NCBI GenBank assembly: GCA_004431415.1
Contig: QPMI01000536.1
Location: forward strand, 1 to 64,000
Reading direction: 5' to 3'
DNA length: 64,000 nt
DNA from: Cyanophora paradoxa CCMP329
Lineage: Eukaryota > Plantae > Glaucophyta
Under the pieces are notes generated by a model. That model searched no databases. It was given only the letters and a program-made list of their open reading frames with translations, and was not told where the DNA came from. The position numbers and the translations under genes were made by a program. How positions within the stretch are numbered: the stretch's first letter is position 1; each line of letters begins with the position of its first letter. Shown piece by piece: positions 1 to 13,415 of the stretch.

Positions 1-521
1 AGCGATCGCCGGTCAGAGAGCCTTCATCGCTCCGGCGATCGCTAGGCCTGGTACCGAGTACTCCGGGGCGATCGCAGCGCGAACCGTCGGACGACGGCGC
101 GGCGCCGGCGATCGCTTGAAAAAGGCCCCGGCCAGATCCGAGCCCACGGCCGGCGGGGCATGTGAACATAGTGCCAAATTTCGCTCCGAAAACACGCTTT
201 TTAGAAGGATCGGAGAAAGCGCGCCCAGGACAGGTCCGAGGGCGGTTCCGGGACGTACCTACTGACTCAGAGCTGCTTGCGCTGGGCCCGCCGGGCGACG
301 CCATGGTTGAGAGATCGAATCCCTGCGCGCCGCCTTACAGCGGCCGAGGAAGGGCGACGGCTGCAGAATTCGATGATGTGAACTCGGACAAGCGAAAGCG
401 TGTAGCTAGCGCGCCGCCGGCGCCGCGGGTGAGCCGATGAAGCGAGCGATGTGTACTCCTCGCGTGCGCGGGCGCGGCGAAGTCGCCTGCGGGGCGGGCG
501 TGGCGCCGCGGGGCTGAGCAC
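1..521. repeat. Direct repeat block B, copy 1 (matches 5380-5910)
   Basis: Near-identical to 5380-5910 apart from scattered 1-bp indels; runs off the window start. Confidence 0.9.
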
Positions 522-1681
522 GCGCGCGCGCTGCGAAGCGCTATGCGCGAGCTTTGCGCGAGCTTTGCGTCGACGTCGCGCGCCTCACTTTCGAAGGTCG
601 GGGTACCCCCCGACTCATTCCCCCTAAACTTGGGGCTCGGTGGCTTAAAAGCGAAGGCTCTGGGGTACATCGACGAAATTTGACTTGCTCCAAAAATTGC
701 AAGGCGCTCAAGAACTCTACGCTCACTGGAAGTTCAACTGCGGCCCTACAAACTGCTTGCACCGCTCCACTAGCTCATCTAGTCTACCTGGGTCAGCAAA
801 CCGATCCTCCTCGGCCACTAGCGGCTTGCGGAACCATTCTTTCGCAACCGCAACAAATGGTGCGCAGTCCATTGGGCTGCGCTGGTGGTGCCCGGCGCAT
901 ACCACCCGACCCCATCGAGGCGAGAAAAGAATCTCGAGCACGCGGTCAGCTCGGCATCTTGCCTTGAAGATGGAGCCAGCGGTCGTGTGGAAGGTCATAT
1001 CATGCACAGGCTCCGAGAGCTGAAGGAGGGCCTGCACTAATGCAGCGGCGTGACTCTTGATGGTGACTCTGCTCGTGATATATATGAGCTCGAGGCAATC
1101 AGCAAGAGTGGTTACTGATATCCATGGACAGAAAAAAGGAAACCACAAGTAGAAAAAGGAAGAGGCGCACGGCCAGTGGTCCCACTCGAGATTGGTGAAG
1201 CCCCGGAGGATAACCATTGTTGCCTCCGGTGTTGTTCCCGGTACATCAAGCCGGTGCACTTGACTGGAGACGCTGCAGCGCGCGGCACCTTGCGTGGCCG
1301 TGCACTCCAGTGCACCGTCGTTTGGCGGTAGGCGAGCCAGCTTCTCGACGTACGCACGTGCTGCGGGGCTCGCTGCCCTCGCGTCCCGTATCGCGGTTGC
1401 GACCACGGCGATGCTCCCCCGTACCGATCTGGAGCCTCCTTCCTCCCGTGACATTGCAGGGAACCAGTGCAGTTTCGCCTTCAGGGTATTGCTCAGCGCG
1501 TTGAAGTATCGGTTCTCGGTGTTCGCCACGCTGCGACGCGCCCAAGTCAGAGCACGTTCAGCGGGAGAAGGGAAATAAGAAGGAAAAGAAACAAAGGAAA
1601 AGAAAGAAAGAGAAGGGGGGTACGCGGACCGTCTGTACAAGCAGGACAGGATGGGTGTCGGAATAGGCCGCTCAGGTGTGC

Positions 1682-2787
1682 CTAGCCATAGAGGCTTGTT
1701 TCGCCTCGTGTATGGCGGAGGCACATACGCCTCAACATCGATGTCCACATCGACCAATTGTCCCGCGCCGTTTGGCTGAGTTTCTCGTGAGCTTGAGCAT
1801 TTGCGATAACCGTTGCTCGTACCTGTTGGACTTTCCGTGTAGTTCTCCTGTATGCCGTCGCGCCGAGTTCGTCCACCTCGGGGTACTCCTCTCCAGAGTC
1901 GTTGCCCCATTCAGCATCCGGTGTGTTTAGAACATCTGACTTGGAGCCCATCTGTTCCAGCACTGCAGCCACTTGCTTCAGAGCCTGAAAGCTGTTCTCC
2001 GCTGCGCGACCTGTACCGTATTTCTCCTGCACCGGAATTAGAGTTCAGTAACCCTTCTGTGGCGTCGTCTTCGTACCCCTCGCACGCACCGCCAGCTCTG
2101 GCTTCATGCGCAGCCGGGTGAAGAGCTCGTTCGCCGGCGCTTCGTGGTGGAGAACGGCAGGGTTTCCCATTGCCTCGTGGCACGCCTGTGGAGAACGGCA
2201 GGGTACGCGCATCAGCTCCACGTGTCGGGGGGGGGGGGTACGCGTAGCGAAGGGGGAGGGGGGGTTGGAGGGGGGGGGTAGTCGAACCTCCATTGGACTT
2301 GGCGCCTGTTCGGGAGCCGGGCCTGGGTCTTGACCTGCTTGCCGCGCGGCCTCCCACGCTGCTCCTCGTCGTCGAATGCCTTGGCTAGATCTACAAGGCC
2401 TTTGAATATGAGCTGGTTGGCAATTGTCGCCCACCGCCGAAAACGCGATTTGCGGACAAGGTCTGAGAAGATAATGCCGACTGATATGCTGCTTGCCGGC
2501 CCTGCAAGAAGGCGAAGAAGCTCCTTGCCGCTCTTCCGAACAACCTGCAGGACCTGCACATCGCTTGCAATCTTGCCGCCACGACCGACATCCCTGTTGC
2601 CTCCGTACGCGTTGCACTTCCGAAGAAGCTTCTTCACCTCCGGGTACGACACGAGATCGTCCTGCGCCTTGCGCTTCCGCCCTTTCCCACGTGGCAACTC
2701 TTCCACCAACGCGGCCTCTGCAGCTGCTGCTGCAAGCTCCACACATGCATGAAGCCTGCGTCGCCATTGGTAAGAAAAAAAACTTTA

Positions 2788-2818
<31 letters not shown>

Positions 2819-4186
2819 ATGCATACCACAGCTGGAGTGATTCGCCTTCCCGTGTCTGCTGCTGTGCTGCGTGCACTGATTGAGCGAGACTGCGGAACTG
2901 GCCCTTCATTTCTTCCTTCGTGCCAAGGTACATTGCTTGCTGGCTGAGCCCGAGAGTCGCTTGCATACGCAGAAGGTTGATTTCAGACTGTCCGTTTGTG
3001 ACCTAATATAAAATTAAGAACATGTTACGAAAAGACAGAGCATGAAAGCATCGTGCACCTCCATGAAAGCATTTGCAAGACCTTGTGCCGTGCAGGCTCA
3101 CGGTCCAACTCAGCGTCTCCTGGCCGCAGGGCCAGAAGCTGTGTGAGCACAGCAGCAGCTGAGCGGATCTCGCCATCATCAGGGGCTGCATCACATTTCG
3201 GTTTTCAAAATAGAATGCAGTGATTTGAAGGGGACGTACTGTAGAAATCGAGTGATGAATTGCTCGATCGCCCGTAGAAGAACACCTCTATCCAGAGCGA
3301 TAGGAACATCTTCGATTCAACAGCGTATGATCGTTTGTCATCGCTAGTACTTGTGTCATCCTTGCCCTCCTGAAAGTCCAGAGACAAGATGACCTGACCG
3401 GGCAGCAAGTAAGCAGAAGAAGCACGAGGCAAGCTGGCATGGACACGTGCCAGATCTATCTCTCGCAGTCGTCTCTCACGGATGTAGATCTTGTTGGTAT
3501 AGAAGCTCGTCACCCGGGCCTTTAGCCAGTCGTAGTGCCTGGCTCGAAGGTCCGTATCCACTGCAAACTCACCGTGCGCCCCTGGCACGCCAAGGCCCAG
3601 AAATGCACACTGTGCCTGCAGTGAGTGCCGTGCTTCAACTGGCCAAGAAAGATAGATGCTTACGTCCATATCAATGAGCTCATCGAGTTGAGAAGAGCTT
3701 GAGGTATCTTCCTTGTCGCCAGCAGCTATATCAGCATCTGGATGAGGGTCGGGACCGGTGCGCTGAAGGCTTGGCGATTCGAGTGCGACCTAAATGCAGT
3801 ATCTCATGGCGAATCTCAAGCTAAAGAAGATCGAGGACGCACAGTGCTCATGAAGTGCTTCAGAGCATGGAGATCCTCCAGTGTCCGTGTCCGGTTCTTT
3901 GCTGGTTCACCTCGAAACTGCAACCGACAAGCGTTCGCCTGAGCTTGCCGAGCCGCTTCTGTCACCTGGAGAAGTTGGTCTTAGATTCCATTCGATCAAT
4001 TCTTGAGCTGCAGAGCACCTCATCAAGCCAATCAACACAACTCTGAAATTTGGGGCCTCGAAACGCTCCCTTTGTGCCCAAAACAGGTTGCGCAGTGCAC
4101 GCAAGCATCTGGCAGGGGGCAGGTCGACGATGATGTCCTCCACATAATGCACTTGGGGGTCCAGATCTGCAAACATGATAAGACAA
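1682..4186 (-). other. Possible multi-exon coding region of unknown function between repeat blocks
   Basis: Several protein-like minus-strand ORF segments (1682-2032, 2212-2742, 3205-3669, about 3907-4180) separated by poly-C/G stretches; no recognisable domain. Confidence 0.25.
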
Positions 4187-4367
4187 AGAGGCGGCGTGCA
4201 GATTTCACAGAGAAACGCACAGATCTCGAAGGGTGCATGTGCTTGTCGCCTTCTGCCAGCGCCACCAGCGTCGCCGCCCCTGCGCCGTCCAGGGCGCCAC
4301 CGCCGCGCCGCCCCCGTGCCGCCTCCCGCGCCGCCTCCCGCGCCGCCTCCCGCGCCGCGCACCGGGC

Positions 4368-4905
<538 letters not shown>

Positions 4906-5079
4906 GACAAGCTCAAGGCCGGAGCCGCCCCCGAGGCCGCCCACGAGGCCACCACCCGCCGCGCGGCCCGCCAGAAGGGGTTGGGAGATGAGCTGGAGGT
5001 CCAACTCCATCTCTTCCTCCCCAAAGAGTGTGCTCCTGGGTCGACATGCTGCGCAAGTCGGGCATAAGACACCGAAAAG

Positions 5080-5910
5080 CAGCGATCGCTTGGCCAATGA
5101 GAAGGCGGTGGACGTCAAGCCCGCGGCGACCGTTAGAACTGAGAACCCAGAAGCGATCGCCGGCCCAGCAGCTCTTTGTTAGAGGTCGGACTCGCTGGTA
5201 TGGCGCCGAACACAAAGCGATCGCCGAGCAATGAGAAGGCTCTATGCGCGGGGCAGATCTAGCGATCCAATTGAATAGAGAATCTCTATGCGAGCAAGCT
5301 CGCAGCGCTACGGGAGGCGGGCACGCACTGCAGGCGTTGGCGTTGGCTGGTGCGACGAACTTGAAGCAGCTCCTGCGCAAGCGATCGCCGTCAGAGAGCC
5401 TTCTCATCGCTCCGGCGATCGCTAGGCCCTGGTACCGAGTACTGCCGGGCGATCGCCAGCGCGAAACCGTCGGACGACGGACGCGGCGCCGGCGATCGCT
5501 TGAAAAAGGCCCGCGCCAGATCCGAGCCCACGGCCGGCGGGCATAGTGAACATAGTGCCAAATTTCGCTCCGAAAACACGCTTTTTAGAAGGATCGGAAG
5601 AAAAGCGCGCCCAGGCAGGTCCGAGGGGCGGTTCCGGGACGTACCTACTGACTCAGAGCTGCTTGCGCTGGGCCCGCCGGGCGACGCCATGGTTGAGAGA
5701 TCGAATCCCTGCGCGCCGCCTTACAGCGGCCGAGGAAGGGGCGACGGCTGCAGAATTCGATGATGTGAACCTCGGACAAGCGAAAGCGTGTAGCTAGCGC
5801 GCCGCCGGCGCCGCGGGTGAGCCGATGAAGCGAGCGATGTGTACTCCTCGCGTGCGCGGGCGCGGCGAAGTCGCCTGCGGGGCGGGCGTGGCGCCGCGGG
5901 GCTGAGCACG
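5080..5910. repeat. Direct repeat blocks A+B, copy 2
   Basis: 5080-5395 matches 10018-10335 and 5380-5910 matches 1-521; seven GCGATCGC palindromes lie in 5082-5499. Confidence 0.9.
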
Positions 5911-6499
5911 GCGCGCGGCGGACAGAGTCGGGCCCACAGCGCAGCCCGCGCACCGGAGACACGTCAGATGGGCGCAAGGACGATGCTGTCGAGCTCACCG
6001 CGTGAAAGCTGACGGCAGATGAGGTGGCCGTGCAGGAAAGAATGAGTGGCGGTTGGCTGCGTGAGAGCGGACAGACAGGAAGGGATGCACCGCGCCCGCG
6101 CCGTTGTAGTGGGGGTTTGTGTGCGAACGACGGCGTCCTGTTTCCAGCGAGCCTCCCTTGTCCAGCACACACACGACCGCGGCCCACCGCCAGGCAACGC
6201 CGTCGTCGTCTCGGAAGCTCTGAGGCCGTACGAAGAGGTTACAGTGAGGCGCGAAGAACGCGAAGAACGACAGCAAAGACCGAGGAGCCACCGCGGCCGC
6301 GAGGGATACCAGATCTCGCGTGACGGCGATGGGGACGCGCTGCTGAACGCCGATCTGGATGAGCTTTTCGAGCTGGCGAAAGCGGAACTAGACGACGATG
6401 ACGATGATGATGACGAGGACATGCTATGGAGCTCGAGGAGAGGCCGCCGGTGTGATCGCTGAAGCCGCGCTACGGCGCGGAGCTTCTGCGCAGGCGAGG

Positions 6500-7710
6500 C
6501 GTCCCCGCCAGCCGCGAATGCACATGGTGGCATGAGATGATGATGCATCGTGGATGGTGCTTGGCTGCGCGTAGCTCTCCCAAGTTCCTCCCCTCAAAAA
6601 AAAGCCTTCGTTCGCAGGCGACTACGATGCCAATTCTCTGGGCTTTTCGCATGACCGTGACGACCTTCACGTATATTCACGATCGAATCCAGCACAGCTG
6701 GTATACAAGTCCAGGGGAATGTTGCTCACAATCCGTGGAACTGCAGCTTGCAATCACACTGAGCGTCTTGGCCAGCGGACAGGCTATGAAGCACTCCAAG
6801 GAGACTTCCCTGTATCTCAGGCTTCATTGCTGAGGGTGAGTTTGCTGATTTCAGTGAGGTACCTCGATTCTGTATTTAATTTGATCCTCACTGTGTTGTT
6901 CGACCTGCAGCGCTTTCCCGCACGCAGGCAGCCATATGTGAGATGTTCGAAAGACACATATGCAAGATCTTTTCCGCGTACCCCAGAAGCAGAAGGCCAG
7001 GGCTCGAGCTGGATTTGAGAGTCTGGCAAAGTACTGGAACAAAGGAACTTCTATGCGACAGGTTTCACCAAGTGTGTCGGAGCTGTCGGCAAGCATTTTT
7101 TGCGAAGGCATGTGCCGAGTACATTGTGACATGCATATTGTTTCAGATGGAACCTTATCGTGATCGAGAACCTCCTCAGCAGCATCGGACGAAGTTCTTC
7201 AGTCGCAAGGAAGGAAGTCTCTGAATGTTCAAGCAGCCTGCAATGCAAATGTGTTTTTATGATGTGAGTGAGTTGAAAGAGTGCAAGTACTGCGCCCTAA
7301 TGAGAAGCAGGTGAGCATTAAATATCCAGGGAGCGTGCACGATCAGAGGGTGTATGACAACTCAAGACTCACAAGGGCGGAACATGATCTATAGCGACGG
7401 TGATTACAGGCTTGTGATCGGGGTACCGCATGGAGAAGGATGCATTCCCCACACAGCATTCACGGTGAGGCACATGTACTACAGAAGGGGGGTAAGCAAG
7501 GGTTCTGACCAAATGCACCAGATATTGTTGGTGCCTCGTCTGGCAAAAGAAACTTTGATTTCGTGCATTCAATGTGCAGAAGGTCATCGAGCGAGCATTT
7601 GGAAGATTGAAGATGAGATGGCTCGACTTGAAGCCGGGATCAACCGCAAGAACCTTGGTCGGGCGTGCCAAACTATCTATGTAAGCACAACCGTGCACTT
7701 CAATTGATAT
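6500..7710 (+). pseudogene. Possible decayed Kyakuja-Dileera-Zisupton-like transposase remnant
   Basis: Broken-frame segments C-KHF..., CVFYD..C.YC, LVIG.PH..C and DQMHQ loosely follow KDZ motif order; weak resemblance only. Confidence 0.2.
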
Positions 7711-10017
7711 GTGACATGCATCGGAACAGTGTGCTTCCTACTGCACAACGTCTGTGAGCTGGGAGACGATGTGTGGCCGCTGGACCAGGCTGCTGAGGGA
7801 GACGCACCGGGCGGAGCAGCACAGGGCACGCCCCCCCAACCAAGCTGAGCAGAATGAGGCGAAGGCGAGCGGGACTGGCAGGTGGACCACCTGTACGGCT
7901 CCAGTAGCGGCCTCAGTGTTAGGATAGCGTCCCCTCTGGTCCGAGTCTGGGCCCGGCTCACGGGACGCTTGTCCAGCCCTCTCTTCTTAGCTTGCTCCAT
8001 CTGTGTGGGTAAAATAAGAAGACTGAGCAAGAGTATAGCAGTTGCAGAATGCACAGAAACCGACGGAACTTGCCCGTTCCCTAGCCTCCGCCGCCCGCTC
8101 TTCGGCTGCCCGTTCACGAAGTTCATTGCTGCGGCTGAGCTGATCTCCACCCGGTCAACACTGGCTGAAAGCTTTGACATCCCTCAGCTGCACCTGAGTT
8201 GGTGCGCTTGTTGATTTGCGACTTCGCAATCCCTCGCCAGGCCTGGGCGGCGCCCGCTTTGCGGGCTGAACTGCAAGAAAATCAGTTGAAGGCATGCAGC
8301 AGTAGAGATAGAAGAAAGGAAGACAGTGCACACTCGAGCTTGACCCCTCCTCCTGCAGCTGTGAGGAGGGAGCCATGAAGCCGTACTGGTGAAGATCCTG
8401 CAGAAAAGTCAACGGGGGTACGGAATTAAAACACAATCTTCGCAAACCCGATCTCCATCGACTCCATTGAGTAATGTGGTTCTCCTCTGGCGCACCATCA
8501 AGATAGGGCTTGACTTTCTAGTGTATCACGTCGTGATCAGCCAGAACACGCTGTCGGAGCAGAGCAGGACGGGTACCATGTAGTCTTGTGGTGTGAGCTG
8601 GAAGTTCAACGGGAAATCTGCATCTGTAGCTTCTTTCCGCTCTCTCTGCTTCGTTGTAGATGCGGTAGTACTTGACACCTTCTGCCACCTGCGGAGGAAC
8701 TTCGTGCGCCTGCCGACATGTCGAGCCCTGCAATCAGGAGAAGGCCTGATGTGTCCCGCGGAAGCATGTCAGAGACAAAGCCTTGAGAAATGCAACCGTG
8801 TCACGTACCAGGAACCTTGGGCAAGAAACTTGTTGGAAAGCTTGGTGACATGATTGTTTCGACAGTGTTCTGGCGGTATCCTTGAGCCTCAGTTCCAATC
8901 CGATATCGACGATGCAGCTGATCATGAGAGTAACGCGCCGGAAGCCATCCAGTACACCTGTGAAAGGAAAGGAAGAAGAGTAAGGCTGTGCATCGAGGAA
9001 CAGGGTGGAAGTCGGGACAAAAGTACCGGAAAGCAACTGACTTGGCTCTTGTCATCGCTCTTCGCCCGCCTGCGGCGAACGCGTCAGCGCAAAACCGTGC
9101 AGAGAAGAGCTTAAATGGGAAAGAACCACTTCGCAAGCGGAGCAAGTGACGGCGCAGGGCGCCAGGAGCGCTGCGGAACATCATTATAAGCATGGCAAAC
9201 ACAAACGCGGAGCACGGAGATGCGCACGGGCGCCATGTACTGAGCTCTGGGCGACAAGTGGGACGGCCTTGTTCCCCACGGACGGCCCGACTGGACGCCT
9301 GCGGTCGCGTTTAAGCGAACCGGCGAGTCAAGCATGCAAAAGCGCACGTTTCTCGAGCCAGATGTCTGGCCCGGCGGCCCCAGAAGCGATGGAAACGGCA
9401 ACGGCACTGCGGCGACGAAGTTAGCTACAGCAGTCGGGCGCGACCGGATGAGGCGGAACTGTGAAACAAAGGTTCTTCACGCACACTGAAGTCGTACGGG
9501 GCGCACTGAATGAGGCTGCGAGCGAGGGCATGTTCAACCCGTGAACTTGTGGCGCGGCCCGAAGAGGCGGCGGAGCCGGCGGTCGCCTGACACAAGTAAG
9601 AAGCAAGAAGCATGTTCAAAGCACAGCAACCCACCAGGTCGGAGCTGGAAGCTCAGACGGCCGCGCTGGCGCAGGCGGCTGTCCCGGTGGCCGAACGGGT
9701 CGGGCGGCAGACGGAACTCCATGTCCTTCGTGAAGCATGCGAATGCGATGCCGTATCTGGCGCTCTGGACGCTCTGAAAGTGTACGTTGGCGCTCCTCTG
9801 GGTACAGGTAATTGGCGGGGTAGCTGTACCCCAAGAAGAACACCAGCACTCGCGAGAACTCCCCAGAGCGACCACGCTTCTTCGCCAAAGCAACGAGCAT
9901 GCATTCCGCACAGCTTGTAAAAGTAAAACCGTGTCCAGGAACTCCCTCGATCGCGCCGCCCAGAAACCGGGGGTCAAGCAGCACCTGGCTACCACCTATT
10001 GCCCATTCATCCAAGTT

Positions 10018-10335
10018 CAGCGATCGCTTGGCCAATGAGAAGGCGGTGGACGTCAAGCCCGCGGCGACCGTTAGAACTGAGAACCCAGAAGCGATCGCCG
10101 GCCCAGCAGCTCTTTGTTAGAGGTCGGACTCGCTGGGTATGGCGCCGAACACAAAGCGATCGCCGAGCAATGAGAAGGCTCTATGCGCGGGGCAGATCTA
10201 GCGATCCAATTGAATAGAGAATCTCTATGCGAGCAAGCTCGCAGCGCTACGGGAGGCGGGCACGCACTGCAGGCGTTGGCGTTGGCTGGTGCGACGAACT
10301 TGAAGCAGCTCCTGCGCAAGCGATCGCCGGTCAGA
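10018..10335. repeat. Direct repeat block A, further copy
   Basis: Near-identical to 5080-5395. Confidence 0.9.
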
Positions 10336-11166
10336 TTCGACCCTCGACGTCGACGGCACATGATCTGAACTGGCTCCGGATCCGTTCAAGTTAGAAGATG
10401 AAGAACGAGCCGTCCGACGGTCACACGACTCACGACTCACGACTCTGAGTCACGAGGGCTGTCAGTGCATCCTGTCACTGCCTGTCAGCCGGAATATTCC
10501 GGGATCAGCCTGGAACGTTCCCGGAATATTAAATATTAGAAAATTTTGGGAAAACTTTCGGGTCCCGCGACTCCCGCCGCGACTCCCGCGGCCGTTTAAA
10601 AAACATTTGCAGGGGAATTCGAATGTATACTGCGCGGCTGCGCCCCCCCCCCCCCCCCCCCCCATCTGACCCCACCAAGGGCCTTGCATTTCGGTTTCAA
10701 AGCTCCAAAAGACTATATGCCGTACGTCTCTCAGAATGCTTATTGTGATGTTATCTTAGTGCTTCGCAGCTTTGAACGTGTGTCTACGGCGCGCATGCGC
10801 AACGCGTTCGCAGCGTTCCCGGAATATTCCTCAAAATTTTCTGGTCCATTTTGGGGGCGTAAAATGTTGACAGCCCTGCTCACGAGCATGCGCAGAACTC
10901 CAATGAGTTCAATCGATCATCGACCGTCATGGACCGTCAATGGTCCGTCATGCGGCGTCATCATGGACGACGTTGGACGTCGCGATCGGGCTCGAATCGT
11001 TCAAAAAACAATTGCAAGACTTCAAAGGCTTCTTCACTGTTTGTTTTTTGGCAACTTGGCAAGTTAAAAGGTGGAATCCATGAAAAAAGTCGATTCGTAT
11101 CATACTAGTAGTACTAGTACAGTATCATGCCGTAATATCATACTAGCAGTAGTAGTACCACTGTAC

Positions 11167-11815
11167 CAGTGCTGTCATTATAATGGACACGGGAGGTCGG
11201 CATTATTTAATGAGGCATTATAATGTATTATAATGTATTATTATATTAAATACTCATTAATTACGTTTAAACGCACTTTCCGCTCGTCTTTGGCGCTGCG
11301 AACACTATCTAAACGGCGCAAGAGCATGTCCCTAGTCGTTTATGACCCTCCTGGCAGGCTGGAGATGGCCTAGGCCTGGAGCCCCGGGCCCCAGCTGCAG
11401 GAAGGCCTCACTGAGACTCATCCAGCTAGCACCTCAACTAAGCCTTCCTAAGTTGCTTGTAAGCTTGTAAAGCCTTCCTAAGTTTCAAGGAAGTGTTTAT
11501 CGGCTTATATAGAACGTTTGAGCGTTGATCGTGCGCCCCCCTTCAGCTCCGCCACGCCCAAGGGATGGGGTCGATGTACGTATACCCCCCCTCCAACACG
11601 TCGACCTCTCCAAGGCAGCGAGAACCACTCCGACAGTGATTTAAAGCGTTCCGGCGGCTCTGTTAAGCTGTTAGAAGGTCAGAGATCAACTTCGCGCCAA
11701 AAATACCCCCCCACATTAAATAATGTCCATTATTTACGCCGGTTTATAATTAATGTACTTCATGGGCATTAAATAATGTCATTAATTATAAACGTACATT
11801 ATAATGACAGCACTG
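11167..11815. mobile_element. MITE with 19-bp terminal inverted repeats
   Basis: CAGTGCTGTCATTATAATG at 11167-11185 and its exact reverse complement at 11797-11815; no clear TSD. Confidence 0.65.
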
Positions 11816-12164
11816 AGTAGTACTAGTACAGTATCAAAATTCCAGGCAATTTCGAATTCCGGATCCAGCTGCGCATGCAGCGGCGATTCCATCCAGCTCG
11901 AAAAGTCAAGGTTCCGGATTTATGATTAAAAAAAGATTCGAATTCCAGAGTCTAAAAATCGTCATACATATAGTATATATACAACATGCATATGGCTCAT
12001 GATCAGTACCGTAGGACATGTGGGCCGAGGATGTGGCCCGAGATGTGGGTAGTACACTGGGTACCGTACACGCGTACACCCGGTGTGTGACCGCACACGT
12101 ACTGGCGCACAGTACGGGCTCCAGCCTCCAGCCTCCAGGGCCGGAGTCCAGACTTTCCTACTAG

Positions 12165-12505
12165 TAGAGGTGGGGCTCGAGCCGGGCTGGCTCGAGCCGG
12201 GCCGGGCCGGGCCGAGGGCCGGCCGGCTCGAGCCGGACCTCTGGCCACGCGGGCCGGCTCGAGCAAGCCGGCTCGAGGGGTATGGCGCGGCTGGCTCGAG
12301 CCAGGTCGGGTTTTGTTATGGGCGAGCCGGCGAGCCGGCGAGCCGGCTAGCTATTGTATATAGGTTTTTGTTATATATATCGAATATTATATAAGGCGAG
12401 GACTGTGTACCCCGACCTCGGGCCGGCTCGAGCCGGCCCGCGGCTCGAGGGGTGTCGGCTCGAGCCCGGCTCGAGCCGCCGATTTGCGCTCGAGCCCCAC
12501 CTCTA
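12165..12505. mobile_element. hAT-type MITE
   Basis: 18-bp perfect TIR TAGAGGTGGGGCTCGAGC; flanks cctactag/cctactac (7/8 match, 8-bp TSD); many internal CTCGAGCCGG motifs. Confidence 0.8.
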
Positions 12506-12553
12506 CCTACTACTAGTACCGCCGTACCGGTAGCCTGGCGGACCAGTGGCGGA

Positions 12554-12943
12554 TAGGGTTGCCGTGTCCGATGTCAATTGACATTGACATGTCAATGTCA
12601 GTTGACATGTCATGTCAATGTCCACGGGTCCGGGTTGACATGTCCATTGACATTGGGGGGATACCCTCCAAACAAGCCAAAACGCATGCAAATCATGATT
12701 AAAACATGTAAGCAGCACTCTGCAAGCGTTAGCAGCACGTTTCTGATGTTAGGAAGGAGGCAGAGGGCAGCGGGGAGGCGCTGAGGACCTCGCCCAAGCT
12801 GCCCCGCCGCCTCACTTTTGGAATATAATATAATATAATATAATATAATAATCAATGTCAATTGACATGTCGGTTGACATGTCAAATGTCCGATGTCAAT
12901 GTCCACAGGGTAGACTGACATGTCAATTGACACGGCAACCCTA
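12554..12943. mobile_element. hAT-type MITE
   Basis: 15-bp perfect TIR TAGGGTTGCCGTGTC; perfect 8-bp TSD GTGGCGGA (12546-12553 and 12944-12951); subterminal TGACATGTCA palindromes. Confidence 0.9.
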
Positions 12944-13415
12944 GTGGCGGACCACTGGCGGTAGGCTACTAGCCTACTCATTGACTCACTAAGTTAGGGC
13001 TGATCGGGAGAAGGCACGAATCGCGCACATAAGGGGGTTGGGCTGATCATCATGGGATGATATACTCGTATCGATCGGGAGAAGTTAGACTCCGGGATCC
13101 GAGCTCGAGTCTCCGAGGTGTTAAGAATTGCCAATTCGGCAAGTTAACCCGGTGACCGTTGAACGTTGGCACGTCAACGTTGCCCGGCCAATTCAATGAT
13201 TCGCCGCAGCGGCCGCAGCTGCAGGCCCGCACTGCGGCACAGGGTCGCAGCGGCCTTCGACCTCCCGACTCGGCGAGTCCGCCGTTCATGAGCGAAAAAG
13301 GCTTAAGCTTGACTAGCAATGACTTCTCCATAATTATAGTAGAGAGTATTAGAGACCATATTGGTCGATATCGATATTGATCAGCTGCAGCTTCTCCTCG
13401 ACTCGAATCTCAGCG

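Noticed and set aside
5082-5499. GCGATCGC equals cyanobacterial HIP1, suggesting cyanobacterial DNA transfer
   Set aside because: Confined to a repeat block with no bacterial-type genes; HIP1 is dispersed rather than clustered like this.
10454-10878. Possible additional MITE (AGGGCTGTCA...TGACAGCCCT)
   Set aside because: Only a 10-bp inverted match and no TSD.
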